This document shows, in pieces, positions 17,832-28,031 of a stretch of DNA of 64,000 nt. Position 1 is the first letter of the stretch. Every line of letters starts with the position of its first letter. Both the position numbers and the translations under genes were made by a program. Below the pieces are notes generated by a model. That model was not told the origin of the DNA and made no database searches. It was given only the letters and a program-made list of their open reading frames with translations. The DNA comes from an uncultured Bacteriovoracaceae bacterium (GTDB taxonomy: Bacteria > Desulfobacterota > Desulfomonilia > UBA1062), in NCBI GenBank assembly GCA_964618975.1, contig CAZUDI010000001.1, positions 2,234 through 66,233 of the forward strand, in the 5' to 3' direction.

Positions 17832-18194
17832 GAATCTCTCCTTTCTCGCGTATTTTCATTTAGCATGGGAACGATCCCCCGCACCCGGCCCCGAAAACTC
17901 TTGAGACCTCAAGCGGCGGGGAAGGCATCCCTCTAAGCCTTTAGAGCAACCGGCATGCCATCATGGGCCATCAAGCCCCAGACTTGTCCATCAAATCGTT
18001 TTTCAAGAGGTTATTGTCTGAGATCCCTCACTGCCGCCCCTGGCCGTTACGGGCGCATGTACAGAATATATGCAGAGGTGCTGCCCAGGCTGTATGAATA
18101 ATAGCCAGGCGAGGTGCACCCGATGCCGGTTACAACCACGGATCCAAACATCCTCGGCGGGGGGGTGTCTGCCGCACAGGCTTAACGTCCTGCG

Positions 18195-18380
18195 GAATCA
18201 TCGACCCACAGGTCACGCTGCATGGGAATGAATCCCGGGGACAGCCCGCCCCCCTCCTGAAGGGCTTGATCGCTTGGAAACGTGGCATCAAACAAATCAT
18301 GGTATGAATCCCAAGGCAAGCCTAAGGCCCCGGCTTTTAGCTGCAAGTAGCGGGAAATTCTCCCCTCAGGTCATTAATGA
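18195..18380. repeat. MITE/REP-like repeat, copy D (composite, two units)
   Basis: It reads CATGGGAATGAATCCCGGGG... and AATCATGGTATGAATCCCAAGGCAAGCCTAAGGCCCCGGC...GCAAGTAGCGGGAAATTCTCCCC..CATTAATGATT. The second unit is about 85% identical to copy H. Confidence 0.8.
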
Positions 18381-18523
18381 TTCCAAGGTGTGCGGCCGAT
18401 AGCGAACATATATATAAACATGAAGCTATATGAAATCATTGATAAGCCCGACACTGAGCTGGCGGGGAAGGCCTCTTCCTCCCGGATGCCTCCCGTGCAG
18501 GCATCCCCGCCACGGGGGGGCGC

Positions 18524-19924
18524 ATGAACAACCTCGCCGTGCCGGTGGCGATGATGGCCAGTGTCACGGGCTTCGTGGGCACCTACCACCTGCTCATCTA
18601 CCTGCAGCGACCCCAGTTCCGCATACACCTGAGCTTCGCCCTGACCTGCCTCGGCATGCTCTGCTATGACATCTTCTGCGTGGGTCTGTACAACTCCACC
18701 TCGACCCTCCAGGGGGCCTTCTGGCAGCGCCTGCAGGTATCCTCCCTCTCTCTGACCGGGATTCTCTTCGTGTGGTTCATGTGCGAATACATCGCATTGA
18801 AATCTCGTAAATTCCTCATCCTGATCTCGATCTTTCTGGCCATCACGGCGGTCTTCGGGATCATCGACCGCAGCGGCCTGGCCTGGCGGGTCGATCTGCC
18901 GGCGGTCAAGCAGGTCAACCTGCCTTATGCGGGGTCAATCACCTACCATGAGGTATCGGCCGGCATCATCACGGAGCTGCAACATTTCGTCGGGGTGGCG
19001 CTCATCATCTATATGCTCCTTATCACCGTTAGATATTACCGGTCAGGCAACCGCAGGAGGGCCCGCCCTCTCTTCATCGCCCTGATCATCCTCTTTGCCG
19101 GCATAGTAAACGACGCCTGCGTCAACGGCCAGATGCTGCAGTCCGTGTACGCCGTCGAATACGCCTATCTGGGCATCATGCTTGTCATGACCCATACCCT
19201 CTCCCAGGAGGTGGTGGAGGCCGCCCTCATGAAGGAGACCCTCAGCGAGCGGGAGGAAGAAATCCGTGCCCTCAACGCGCGGCTCGAACTGCGTGTCAAG
19301 GAACGCACCGACGAGCTCCAGCAGACCCTGGAAAAACTCTTCGAGGCCAATCAGGTGCTTGAAACCCTCAGTACGGTGGATGGACTTACCGGCGTCAAGA
19401 ACCGTCGCTATTTCGACGAGAAGTATGCCGTGGAATGGAAACGTGCCCGGAGGGATCGCCAAAGCCTGTCGATTGTCATGATCGATATCGATCATTTCAA
19501 GAAGATCAACGACCGCTACGGACATCTGGCCGGAGACGACTATCTGCGGGCCATGGCCCGGACCATCAAGGGCATTGTGAAGCGGCCGGCGGATGCCGTC
19601 GCACGCTATGGGGGTGAGGAATTTTCCGTAATCCTGCCCAACACCGCATCCGAGGGCGCCACCCATGTGGCCGAATCCCTGCGCCAGGCGATCGAGAAAA
19701 TGCACATCTCACACGAGGGACACTCCGTGCAGGCCACCGTGAGCATCGGCGTGGCGGCCCTTGTCCCCACCGTGAACCTTCCGCCCGACATCATCATCTC
19801 CTGTGCCGACCACGCCATGTACGAGGCCAAACGCAAGGGTCGCAACCGTGTGTGCACCTATGCGGACCAGACCACCCGGCAGGCCTCCGGCCACCCCGGG
19901 CATGATCGCACCCCCCGGAAATGA
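18524..19924 (+). CDS. diguanylate cyclase (GGDEF) with N-terminal multi-pass membrane sensor domain
   Basis: The C-terminal domain carries the GGEEF active-site motif, an RxxD I-site-like KRPAD, and a coiled-coil linker. Confidence 0.8.
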   Translation: MNNLAVPVAMMASVTGFVGTYHLLIYLQRPQFRIHLSFALTCLGMLCYDIFCVGLYNSTSTLQGAFWQRLQVSSLSLTGILFVWFMCEYIALKSRKFLILISIFLAITAVFGIIDRSGLAWRVDLPAVKQVNLPYAGSITYHEVSAGIITELQHFVGVALIIYMLLITVRYYRSGNRRRARPLFIALIILFAGIVNDACVNGQMLQSVYAVEYAYLGIMLVMTHTLSQEVVEAALMKETLSEREEEIRALNARLELRVKERTDELQQTLEKLFEANQVLETLSTVDGLTGVKNRRYFDEKYAVEWKRARRDRQSLSIVMIDIDHFKKINDRYGHLAGDDYLRAMARTIKGIVKRPADAVARYGGEEFSVILPNTASEGATHVAESLRQAIEKMHISHEGHSVQATVSIGVAALVPTVNLPPDIIISCADHAMYEAKRKGRNRVCTYADQTTRQASGHPGHDRTPRK

Positions 19925-20289
19925 GACCGTGCACGCCCCCCCTCGGGCACCAGGCCAAGGCAGGGTCCCCGCAGACAGTCAGGCCCCAGATGGGAAACGT
20001 GCGCCTTAGGGGCTGAGGCCCACCGCATGAAGGGTGCCCCGGCCTTCGACATTCCAAGAAGCGCGCACCTTGGCGTCTTGATGAACCTCAACATTCCTGC
20101 AGCATAATTTAAAATGTCCTGGATACCCGTTGGGTGGCTCTTGATGCAGACCAGCGGTCACTTGTTCCTGATGTGCCTGGATTTGACGGGGTGCAGCCAC
20201 TTGTCCTTGTTGCTTCAGCGTGTACTTGGACGGCTGATCATGCAGACGGATTCCTGAAAACTGTCTGCCCCCGTTGAAGATCGGGCCAT

Positions 20290-20688
20290 TCAGTGAAAGG
20301 TGGGCTGCTTGTCATCCTTCAGGGAGCGGGTCCCGATCCGGGTGCGTTGAACGGTCCGGGGGGTTTGCACCAGGGGGAAGAGTCCCACCGGGTCGAATCC
20401 CAGGGCGGTCATGAAATTCGCCAGTTTGAATTGGCAGGCAAGACAAAGCGCTGTCTTGTAGTTGAATTCGGTGCTGTTGGGGTCGATGTTTCCATCACAG
20501 AAGTAGCACCCCCGGCGCGCCTCATCGAACAGGGCCGCGATCTTTTCAAATACCGTCAACTCGGTGTCGTGGTCCATCTGCTCGGGCATCTCTTCCAGCA
20601 TGAGGCCCCAGCGGATCTCCTGCAGGATGGCTTCCAGTTGTTCCTCGCCTATAACCAGAGGGTTGGGTTGGGTTCCTTTGCTACACAT
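20290..20688 (-). CDS. hypothetical protein (132 aa)
   Basis: The internal start MCSKGTQ has a GGAGG SD, and the protein contains CYFCDGN and CLAC motifs. I recognise no family. Confidence 0.45.
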   Translation of the reverse strand: MCSKGTQPNPLVIGEEQLEAILQEIRWGLMLEEMPEQMDHDTELTVFEKIAALFDEARRGCYFCDGNIDPNSTEFNYKTALCLACQFKLANFMTALGFDPVGLFPLVQTPRTVQRTRIGTRSLKDDKQPTFH

Positions 20689-20850
20689 GTCATGACCTCC
20701 TCTCCCATCTGCATGCATGGCAATCGACGTCCGTTCCTGCCACAGGCCCATGAGCGTCACAGTTATTGTTTATAATACATTGCATTCTCACAATGCCAAT
20801 ATGTGACGCTGCACTTTCTTGTCTCCAGCCCACATAATGACCCGTCAGGC

Positions 20851-21924
20851 TTAACGACACTCGGGTGGATGCAGCAGCACCACATGCGAGATACCCCAGA
20901 TGCTGCGATCGACGAAGAAGTCGTCCAGACAGGCCAGCATGAACCCGCCCCGTGGCGACTGCCCGTCCATCTCGGTCAGGATGAGCATGTTGTCACCGCC
21001 TTTGGTCCCAAAGATCTCGCGGGCCGAAAACAGGCTGCGATAGCCGTCGCAGGACACGAAGAGCACATAGTCGTCGAGGCCTACCTGCGGAAAATTTTTG
21101 CGGATGAAGGGGCCCAGCCCGTAGCCCTTTACCTTTGAGATGCTGTCGAATCCGTGACCGTGCCCCAGGCGCACCCAGTCGTTGGAGGTCCGCAGCGCAA
21201 TCCCCTCCAGATTCAGTTCCCGTTCGCGGTCGCCTTCGATCCCGATGAGCCTGTCTGCAGAACAGTCGAGACCCTTCTGGCGCTGCGGCAGGAGGGTCTC
21301 CGGGATGGACGGGATCCACAGCGTCATGCACACCACGTCGTCCAGGAAGCGCCCGGTATCCGCATCGCGCGGGGCGATCAGCTTCAGACCGCGCACCTCC
21401 CCCGTGCGGAGATTCTTGCGGTACGCATCGGGCCGCGTGCTGGGCAGCAGCGGTGACCCACTGTAGGCCAGGGTGACCGGGAGGCAGTCGTCGGTGTAGA
21501 TGAGCTCGTTGTAGGTGAAATGACTCTGAGCCCCGGATGTGTTGGTGAAGGTTACCATGAAGTCCGTGGGGTTGTTCATCTGGCGGCCCTCGGGATAGGC
21601 CGGGGCGATCCCTTCCAGGATATTGAAGACCGGGATGCCCACATAGATATAGGCCCCCTCGTAGCCACCCTCGGGGGCGAGTTCCCGCGTGCGGATCCTT
21701 GTGGTGGCAAAGGCGCGCAGGGCCGAACTTCCCAGATCACAGGACTTTTGCACCTGCCCGTCGATCGAGAGTTGGCAGCCCCGCGGGACCATCTGGGCCA
21801 GGGCAATGGGTGTGGCGCCGGTGACGGTTACGGCATTGTAGTAGTCCCGGTGGGCGGTGCGGTAACAGAGGAACAGCGCCACGGCCAGGGCCACAAGGTA
21901 GATGAGCACGGCTCGAAGCTTCAT
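20851..21924 (-). CDS. hypothetical exported/membrane-anchored protein (357 aa)
   Basis: The start MKLRAVLIYLVALAVALFL (signal/anchor) has an AAGGAG SD. I cannot assign a family from sequence alone. Confidence 0.55.
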   Translation of the reverse strand: MKLRAVLIYLVALAVALFLCYRTAHRDYYNAVTVTGATPIALAQMVPRGCQLSIDGQVQKSCDLGSSALRAFATTRIRTRELAPEGGYEGAYIYVGIPVFNILEGIAPAYPEGRQMNNPTDFMVTFTNTSGAQSHFTYNELIYTDDCLPVTLAYSGSPLLPSTRPDAYRKNLRTGEVRGLKLIAPRDADTGRFLDDVVCMTLWIPSIPETLLPQRQKGLDCSADRLIGIEGDRERELNLEGIALRTSNDWVRLGHGHGFDSISKVKGYGLGPFIRKNFPQVGLDDYVLFVSCDGYRSLFSAREIFGTKGGDNMLILTEMDGQSPRGGFMLACLDDFFVDRSIWGISHVVLLHPPECR

Positions 21925-22353
21925 GGTGATCTCCTTTCCGGTATCGGGGGCCTTCCGGCTTGTGCACCTCGATGCCCCAACGAGATTGTGTATAATCGTG
22001 TATATTATTCCCCTTGACGCACGCAACCGCAAAAGACCTGATCGCAGAAGGGTGCCGGCCGGACACCTTCTGTGCAAGCAGTCGTTTTCTGTGATTGCCT
22101 CGATTGCCAATGAGATGGCCATTCCCTCGGCAATTGAGGACTCAAGGAGGGTCCCGCGCCCTTCAGGTACATCCCCCTGATCCGGCAGGTAAATGTCTCC
22201 AGGTTGTTTCTGGCTTTGTGAACTTGGATGGAGCAACTGCACGTCTTGCCGACTCACAAGAAGCCTCTTTGTGGCGCCCGATACACATCCGATTGATATG
22301 TGCACTGCGATACATATCAAGCTTGCAATTCAGGCTGTGGATGTATTAGATGT

Positions 22354-22450
22354 TTAATCGTTATGGCTCGAATTCCCTCACAATGTGTACTGAATGCGCC
22401 GCCAAGGAAACACCGGGGTCTGTCCTTTAGCCTCATTCCCATACTAATGC
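22354..22450. repeat. MITE/REP-like repeat, copy J
   Basis: TTAATCGTTATGGCTCGAATTCCCTCAC... is similar to copy I unit 1 and to copies B and G. Confidence 0.6.
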
Positions 22451-22468
22451 ATCAAGGAGAACACCACG

Positions 22469-23521
22469 ATGGATAACAGCCGCATGTATTCGATGTATGC
22501 CAAGGCCCGGGAGTGGATTCAGGAAGGTCGCGAGGTGGCACTGGCCACCGTTATCGCGACCTGGGGATCATCCCCGCGCCAGGCGGGCAGCCAGTTGGTT
22601 ATCGATGCACAGGGCGCCTTCGAAGGCTCGGTTTCAGGCGGGTGCATCGAGGGCGCGGTGATCACCGAGGCCCTCGAGGTCATCGCCGACGGAATACCCA
22701 GGCGCCTCTTTTTCGGGGTCAGCACCGAGCAGGCCTGGGATGTAGGGCTGGCCTGCGGCGGTGAAGTCGAGATCTATCTCGAGAAGGTAAGCGGGGTGAG
22801 TCTCCTCGACGAGTTGGCCCTGCTGGACGGGGCCAGTCGCAGCGCCTGCGTGCTGACCGAGCTCTCAAGCGGATCCAAAACGATCGTTGCGCTGGACGAC
22901 AGCGGCGCCCTCGCGCAGCTCGATCCCGCCCTGAGCGAGGTTGTGACCAGGGCGGCGCTCAGCGAACGCAGCATGATTTCCCCGTTTCAGGGCACGGATA
23001 CTTTCGTGCACATCATCCACCCCCCGCTGACCATCATCATTATCGGGGCAGTGCACATCGCCCAGCCGCTGGTTAAGATGGCCCATATCGCCGGCTACCG
23101 GGTCATAGTGATCGACCCCCGCGCCTCCTTCGCTACAAACGAGCGCTTCCCGCAGACCGAACTCGTCTGCGGATGGCCCGATGAGGAACTCTCGCGCCTG
23201 CCTATCCATGCCCGTACGGCCATCGTAACCCTGGCACACGATCCCAAGCTGGACGATGCCGCCCTCAAGGTAGCTCTGCGCTCGCGGGCCTTCTACATCG
23301 GGGCCCTGGGGAGCACCATCACCCACGGCAAGCGTCTGGCGCGGCTTAAAGAGGCCGGCTTCACCGCGGACGAACGCGCGCGCATCCAGGCCCCGGTGGG
23401 GCTCGATATCGGGGCGCTTACCCCGGCCGAGATCGCCATCGCCACCATCGCCCAGGTGACCCTCTTCCGCCGCAAGCCGGACCTGGCCCTGCCGGCCAGG
23501 CACCGGCCCGACAGCGAGTGA
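22469..23521 (+). CDS. xdhC: XdhC/CoxI-family molybdenum cofactor insertion/sulfuration accessory protein
   Basis: The 350-aa protein has an N-terminal XdhC_CoxI domain (VIATWGSSPRQAGSQLVIDAQG...SGGCIEG) and a C-terminal Rossmann domain (IIIGAVHIAQPL). An AAGGAGA SD precedes it. Confidence 0.8.
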   Translation: MDNSRMYSMYAKAREWIQEGREVALATVIATWGSSPRQAGSQLVIDAQGAFEGSVSGGCIEGAVITEALEVIADGIPRRLFFGVSTEQAWDVGLACGGEVEIYLEKVSGVSLLDELALLDGASRSACVLTELSSGSKTIVALDDSGALAQLDPALSEVVTRAALSERSMISPFQGTDTFVHIIHPPLTIIIIGAVHIAQPLVKMAHIAGYRVIVIDPRASFATNERFPQTELVCGWPDEELSRLPIHARTAIVTLAHDPKLDDAALKVALRSRAFYIGALGSTITHGKRLARLKEAGFTADERARIQAPVGLDIGALTPAEIAIATIAQVTLFRRKPDLALPARHRPDSE

Positions 23522-23654
23522 GGAGCCAGCCAACAATAGCAACGCCGATGACGGGAAGACAATAAAACGGGTCAATCTCACGCAAGGCTCACCCGCCAGT
23601 CTTTGAGGGCTGGAGGTCACGCGGAGGAGGATGTCTGCATGCCCGGAGCAAACC

Positions 23655-24896
23655 ATGACCTATGATGTTTACGCCATAAGGCGCCAGTTTCCCATCCTCG
23701 AGCGCACCGTCGGTGATAAGGGCCTGCATTACCTTGACAACGCCGCCATGACGCAGACGCCCCGCAGGGTTACCCAGGCCATGGCCGATTTCGAGACCCA
23801 CTCCCGCGCCAACGCCAAGCGCTCCCTGCACACCCTGGCCGAGGAGAGCACCGCCTCCCTCGAGCTTTCACGCCAGACGGCCGCGAACTACCTGAATGCC
23901 GAGCCCGCGGAGATCATCTTCACCGGCAGCACCACCATGGGACTCAACATGCTCGCCTGGAGCCTTGGCAGCCGCCTCGGCCCGGGCGACGAAATCCTGC
24001 TGAGCCAGCTGGAACACCACAGCAATCTCGTCCCCTGGCAGATGCTATGCGCCCGTAGCGGGGCGCGTCTGGTCTTCCTGCCCATCGACGGTCACGGCCG
24101 CATCGAACTGGACCGCCTCGGGGACTACCTCTCCTTGCGCACGCGCATCGTTTCGCTCAGCCATGCCTCCAACGTGACGGCGGCCCTGACCGACATCGCC
24201 CCGGTATCCCAGGCGATCCATGCCGCCGGGGCACTCCTGGTGCTCGACGGCGCCCAGGCCGCCTCCCAAGGCCCCCTCGACCCGCGAGGCCTGGGGGCCG
24301 ACTTCTATGTCTTTTCGGCCCACAAGGTCTACGGACCCACCGGCATCGGGGTCCTCTGGGGCCGGCGGGAGATCTTGGAGGAGCTGCCCCCCGCCCTGGG
24401 CGGGGGCGAGATGATCGCCGAGGTCTCTCTTAAACGCTCCACCTATGCCGCCCTGCCCCATCGCTTCGAGGCCGGCACTCCGCCTCTGACCCAGGCCGTG
24501 GGCCTCGCAGCGGCCCTGACCTGGCTGACGTCCCAGGAGATGGCCGGGGTGCGCTCCCACCTGTGTGCCCTCACCACCGACATCATGTCGGGGCTCGAGG
24601 ATCTGGGCGTAAAAGACGAGCGTATCCGGATCCTGGGTCCGCCGCCAGCCGAGGTACGCCTGCCCCTGGTGTGCTTCGTGATCGAAGGCGCGCATCCCCA
24701 CGACATCTGTCAGGTGATGAACGACCGCCACGGGGTGGCGCTCAGGGGCGGACACCACTGTGCCCAGCCCCTGCACGACCTGTGGGGGCTCGACGGGAGC
24801 ACGCGGGTCAGTCTGGCGGCCTACAGCAGCGCCGAGGACATCGCGGCCTTCCTGGAAGGCATCGGGGACTGTCTGGGGCTGCTGTGCCGGTCGTGA
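23655..24896 (+). CDS. cysteine desulfurase / class-V aminotransferase-fold PLP enzyme (SufS/CsdA-like)
   Basis: It has an SAHKVYGPTG PLP-lysine motif and RGGHHCAQP near the C-terminus. The start is chosen at MTYDVYAIRRQFPIL (GGAG SD), with an alternative ATG at 23631. Confidence 0.8.
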   Translation: MTYDVYAIRRQFPILERTVGDKGLHYLDNAAMTQTPRRVTQAMADFETHSRANAKRSLHTLAEESTASLELSRQTAANYLNAEPAEIIFTGSTTMGLNMLAWSLGSRLGPGDEILLSQLEHHSNLVPWQMLCARSGARLVFLPIDGHGRIELDRLGDYLSLRTRIVSLSHASNVTAALTDIAPVSQAIHAAGALLVLDGAQAASQGPLDPRGLGADFYVFSAHKVYGPTGIGVLWGRREILEELPPALGGGEMIAEVSLKRSTYAALPHRFEAGTPPLTQAVGLAAALTWLTSQEMAGVRSHLCALTTDIMSGLEDLGVKDERIRILGPPPAEVRLPLVCFVIEGAHPHDICQVMNDRHGVALRGGHHCAQPLHDLWGLDGSTRVSLAAYSSAEDIAAFLEGIGDCLGLLCRS

Positions 24897-24984
24897 CCGG
24901 CACGCTGAGAGTCAAGGGGGCATGCGGTCTGGCGCCTGCCCCCGAGCCGGGAGGCGTCGTGCGGCCCGTCTTGAGGCCGCCGGG

Positions 24985-25013
24985 TTGACTTGTCACCTAA
25001 CTGCCTTTATCTT
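24985..25013 (+). promoter_or_regulatory. sigma70-like promoter TTGACT-N17-TATCTT upstream of rubredoxin gene
   Basis: The hexamers and 17-nt spacing are seen directly in the sequence. Confidence 0.4.
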
Positions 25014-25041
25014 GTGTACATTATGATGAGGAGGTAAGGGT

Positions 25042-25338
25042 ATGCCTCGGAAAGGTGCATCAGACCATCCCCTGAGCCGCCGGGAAGTTCTGGCCGGATC
25101 CCTGGGACTGGCCCTGGCCATAGCGGTCTTTCCCAAAAAACTGCGGGCAGCGCACCCGCGGGTGATGGCGGCCTCCAGCATGCGGATGTACGTGTGCACC
25201 ATGTGCGGCTACATCTACGACCCCCGTCAGGGCGATCCCTCCTCCCAGATCCGGTCGGGAACCCCTTTCGAGCGCCTCCCCACATCCTGGGTCTGCCCGG
25301 TGTGCGGGGCCGACAAATCGGCCTTCGAGGCCCTGTGA
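25042..25338 (+). CDS. rubredoxin with N-terminal twin-arginine (Tat) signal peptide
   Basis: The protein has an [18 protein letters not shown] Tat motif, then [10 protein letters not shown] and [12 protein letters not shown] rubredoxin knuckles, with a GAGGAGG SD. Confidence 0.8.
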   Translation: MPRKGASDHPLSRREVLAGSLGLALAIAVFPKKLRAAHPRVMAASSMRMYVCTMCGYIYDPRQGDPSSQIRSGTPFERLPTSWVCPVCGADKSAFEAL

Positions 25339-25449
25339 CCCTCCGGCGGCCGGGCTGCAACCATTCAATGTCCTTGCATTATATGTATATATTCGATACA
25401 GGGAAATATATTATCGAGATACCATCCTATGATCGTGAGGGAGGTTAGG

Positions 25450-26250
25450 ATGCAGAAAACCGTAATCGCCATCATCCTGGTGATGCTGTTGGCCATACCT
25501 CTGTATGCGGGCCAGGCCGCCCCCAACAGCTGCGAGATCGGCCCCATCCTCGAATACTTCGATTACGACGAGGACCTCCAGCCCCCCCACAAGAGCTCGG
25601 AAAGTGGTCCCTTGGGCGGCGTTCATGCCGGGTATACCTATCAGGCCCCCCAGGATCTCTATGTACGGGTGTTTCTCGACCTGCTCGGGGGGCGCACCGA
25701 CTACGACGGCAGCACCCAGTCCGGACTGCCGGCCAGCGCCACCACGGACAACTTCCTGTCGCGCTTCGAGGTTGACTTCGGCTATACCTTCGGCGCCCCC
25801 GGGCTGTGGCTCACCCCTTATCTCGGCATCGGTTCGCGGGGGTGGCGGCGGGAGCTGGGCGGATATCTGCCCTTCGATGAGACCTATGCCTGGGGCTATA
25901 TTCCGCTCGGGCTCAGGGCCGGCTATGAAATCAATCCCTCCCTGCGAATCGAGGCGCATATGGCATTGCACCGGGCCTTCGGCGGCAGCCTATGCATTGA
26001 AGGCTCCTGGCTGACGGCCGACGACTCGGATCTCGAGGTTTCTGACGGACATCTTTTGGAGATCCCGGTCTGTTACGCCCTCAGCCCTGGCCTGGAGTTG
26101 AGCCTCGTTCCCTACTATCTCTTCAGCAGCATCCGCCTGAGCGACCCCTTCCTCATGTACATGTACACCGGCAGCACTACGCTCGCCTACGAGCCGGGCA
26201 GCACCACCCACCAGAGCGGAGTGCAGCTACGCCTGGTCTATTACTTCTAG
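25450..26250 (+). CDS. outer-membrane beta-barrel protein (porin-like)
   Basis: The protein has a signal peptide (MQKTVIAIILVMLLAIPLYAGQA), alternating amphipathic strands and a C-terminal ...LVYYF aromatic terminus, with a GGGAGG SD. Confidence 0.65.
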   Translation: MQKTVIAIILVMLLAIPLYAGQAAPNSCEIGPILEYFDYDEDLQPPHKSSESGPLGGVHAGYTYQAPQDLYVRVFLDLLGGRTDYDGSTQSGLPASATTDNFLSRFEVDFGYTFGAPGLWLTPYLGIGSRGWRRELGGYLPFDETYAWGYIPLGLRAGYEINPSLRIEAHMALHRAFGGSLCIEGSWLTADDSDLEVSDGHLLEIPVCYALSPGLELSLVPYYLFSSIRLSDPFLMYMYTGSTTLAYEPGSTTHQSGVQLRLVYYF

Positions 26251-26765
26251 CCCTGATCGCTTCCCTGTTCCCGCAAGGACTTGCGGGAAGGGTCGCTCTC
26301 GATACGGTAGCGGTGGATGAAGAAGATCACCACCAGGGAAAAGGGCAGCAGGAGCACGGCCGGGGTATACGGCGGCCGGAAGGCGTTCACGAACCCTTCC
26401 CAGGTATTGAGCCAGCCCCCCTCTTCCCCGCCCGGGATGGAGGCCATCAGCAGTGCGAACAGATCCGTGGCGGCCACGATCCATTCGAGAATGCAGCCCA
26501 TCACCACCTTGGCAAACTGATGGATTTCGCCTGCATCGCGGATGCCTGCCAGGCACATGACCCCGGCGCCTGTCATGACCAGTCCGCCCCAGCCGCCCCG
26601 GAAGGCACCGGCGGGCAGCACGAGAGGCCCGGCCGCGAAGGGAGATCCGGCCAGGGCGAGGATCAGCTCGGCCATCCCGGAAGAGAGGAACATCGTCCCC
26701 AGCAGGGAAAAATATACCCCATACACCACCCCGGTCTCCTGGAAGGCCCGCGGCGTCTCCATCAC
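26247..26765 (-). CDS. small integral membrane protein, last gene of feo operon (unknown function)
   Basis: The 172-aa protein has 4-5 TM helices, and its start overlaps the stop of the FeoB permease gene. Confidence 0.5.
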   Translation of the reverse strand: MMETPRAFQETGVVYGVYFSLLGTMFLSSGMAELILALAGSPFAAGPLVLPAGAFRGGWGGLVMTGAGVMCLAGIRDAGEIHQFAKVVMGCILEWIVAATDLFALLMASIPGGEEGGWLNTWEGFVNAFRPPYTPAVLLLPFSLVVIFFIHRYRIESDPSRKSLREQGSDQG

Positions 26766-28000
26766 TGCACCCCCATCAGGATCCAGATCAGGTGCAGCAG
26801 TCCGCCATAGCTGAAGACCACGACGAGAAGCGCCGCCAGGCTGCCGAAGAACACCCTCCCGCCCTCGCGCAGCATCATCAGGAAGGTCGCCACACAGGGG
26901 AAATAGATGCTCACCAGCACCACGGCCGAGATCATCTGGTAATCACTCATCTCGATGGCGCTGAGCTGGGCGATGGCGAGATCCTTGCGCAGAAAGGCGG
27001 CCAGCAGGGGGCCGGCCGTCTCCCGGGGTACCCCGAACCAGCCCTCGAACACCGGGGCCATGAGCGTGGCCAGGCTATCGATTATACCGAGGCAATACAG
27101 AAAATTGACCAGCAGCACCCCGAGCATCACCAGCGGGATGGCCTCCTTGAGGAAGGAATTGGTGCGCATCCACACCTTCTTGGCGATGCTGCCCACGAGG
27201 GGTCGCTGGTAGGTGGGCACGTCCATCAGAATCTCGGGCGCCTTGCCCGGCACGAGCTTGTTGAGCAGAAATCCGTAGATGAAGTATCCGGCAAAGAGGT
27301 AGAGCATCACGAATCCGATGTATTCGGGGATCACGTCCTGCATGATCCCGATCTGCGCCCCGCACGGGATGAAGACCGCCAGCAGGGTCATCATCATAAA
27401 GCGCTGTTTTCTGGTCTCCAGGATGCGGGTCGCCTCCACCCCGGGAACATTGCAGCCCAGGCTGAGGATCGTGGGCACGATCGCGTATCCATGCAGTCCG
27501 ATCTTGTGGAGAAACGTGTCCATGAGCACCGCCAACCGGGGCATGTAGCCGATATCCTCGAGCAGGGCCAGCATGATGTAGAAGACGAACAGGGCGGGCA
27601 ACACGACGCCGATGGGTAGAAACAGACCCGAGGTGAGCACACCGAAGGACTCGAGACAGCTGGTGTTGGGCGTGTAGACCCCGTCTATGACCTGACCACC
27701 GTCAACCATAAGGGCGTAGAACCAGCTGCCCGGACCCCCGGGGAAGGCCGCCTGCAGCCAGGGCAGCCAGTGCTGGTCGAAGATCTTCACCATGAAACCG
27801 TCGGTGATGAACCCGGCAAAGGCGGTGAAGATGCTCCAGAAGGCATACAGGACGGCGATGGCAAAGGGGATGCCCGTGGCCGGTTTGACCGTGAAATCGC
27901 CGATGGCATCCTTGAGCGTATGCCGATAGAGTCCAAAACTCACGGTGCGGCCAGTGATGTCCTCGACCAGTTGCCATCTCTCTTCGGGCGTCAGCGTCAT
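26762..28000 (-). CDS. feoB: ferrous iron transporter FeoB, membrane (permease) domain encoded as separate gene
   Basis: The 412-aa protein is polytopic with a Gate/nucleoside-recognition-like pattern and matches the C-terminal two-thirds of FeoB. Confidence 0.8.
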   Translation of the reverse strand: MTLTPEERWQLVEDITGRTVSFGLYRHTLKDAIGDFTVKPATGIPFAIAVLYAFWSIFTAFAGFITDGFMVKIFDQHWLPWLQAAFPGGPGSWFYALMVDGGQVIDGVYTPNTSCLESFGVLTSGLFLPIGVVLPALFVFYIMLALLEDIGYMPRLAVLMDTFLHKIGLHGYAIVPTILSLGCNVPGVEATRILETRKQRFMMMTLLAVFIPCGAQIGIMQDVIPEYIGFVMLYLFAGYFIYGFLLNKLVPGKAPEILMDVPTYQRPLVGSIAKKVWMRTNSFLKEAIPLVMLGVLLVNFLYCLGIIDSLATLMAPVFEGWFGVPRETAGPLLAAFLRKDLAIAQLSAIEMSDYQMISAVVLVSIYFPCVATFLMMLREGGRVFFGSLAALLVVVFSYGGLLHLIWILMGVQ

Positions 28001-28031
28001 GTCTTCTCCCTGAGGCTCTTGAGGTCCGGGT

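Noticed and set aside
20851-21924. Assignment of the exported 357-aa protein as a sulfite-oxidase-family Moco-binding enzyme.
   Set aside because: Only vague similarity to the Moco-domain C-terminal pattern exists, and the conserved Cys ligand context is not convincing. It needs an HMM or structure check, so I left it as hypothetical.
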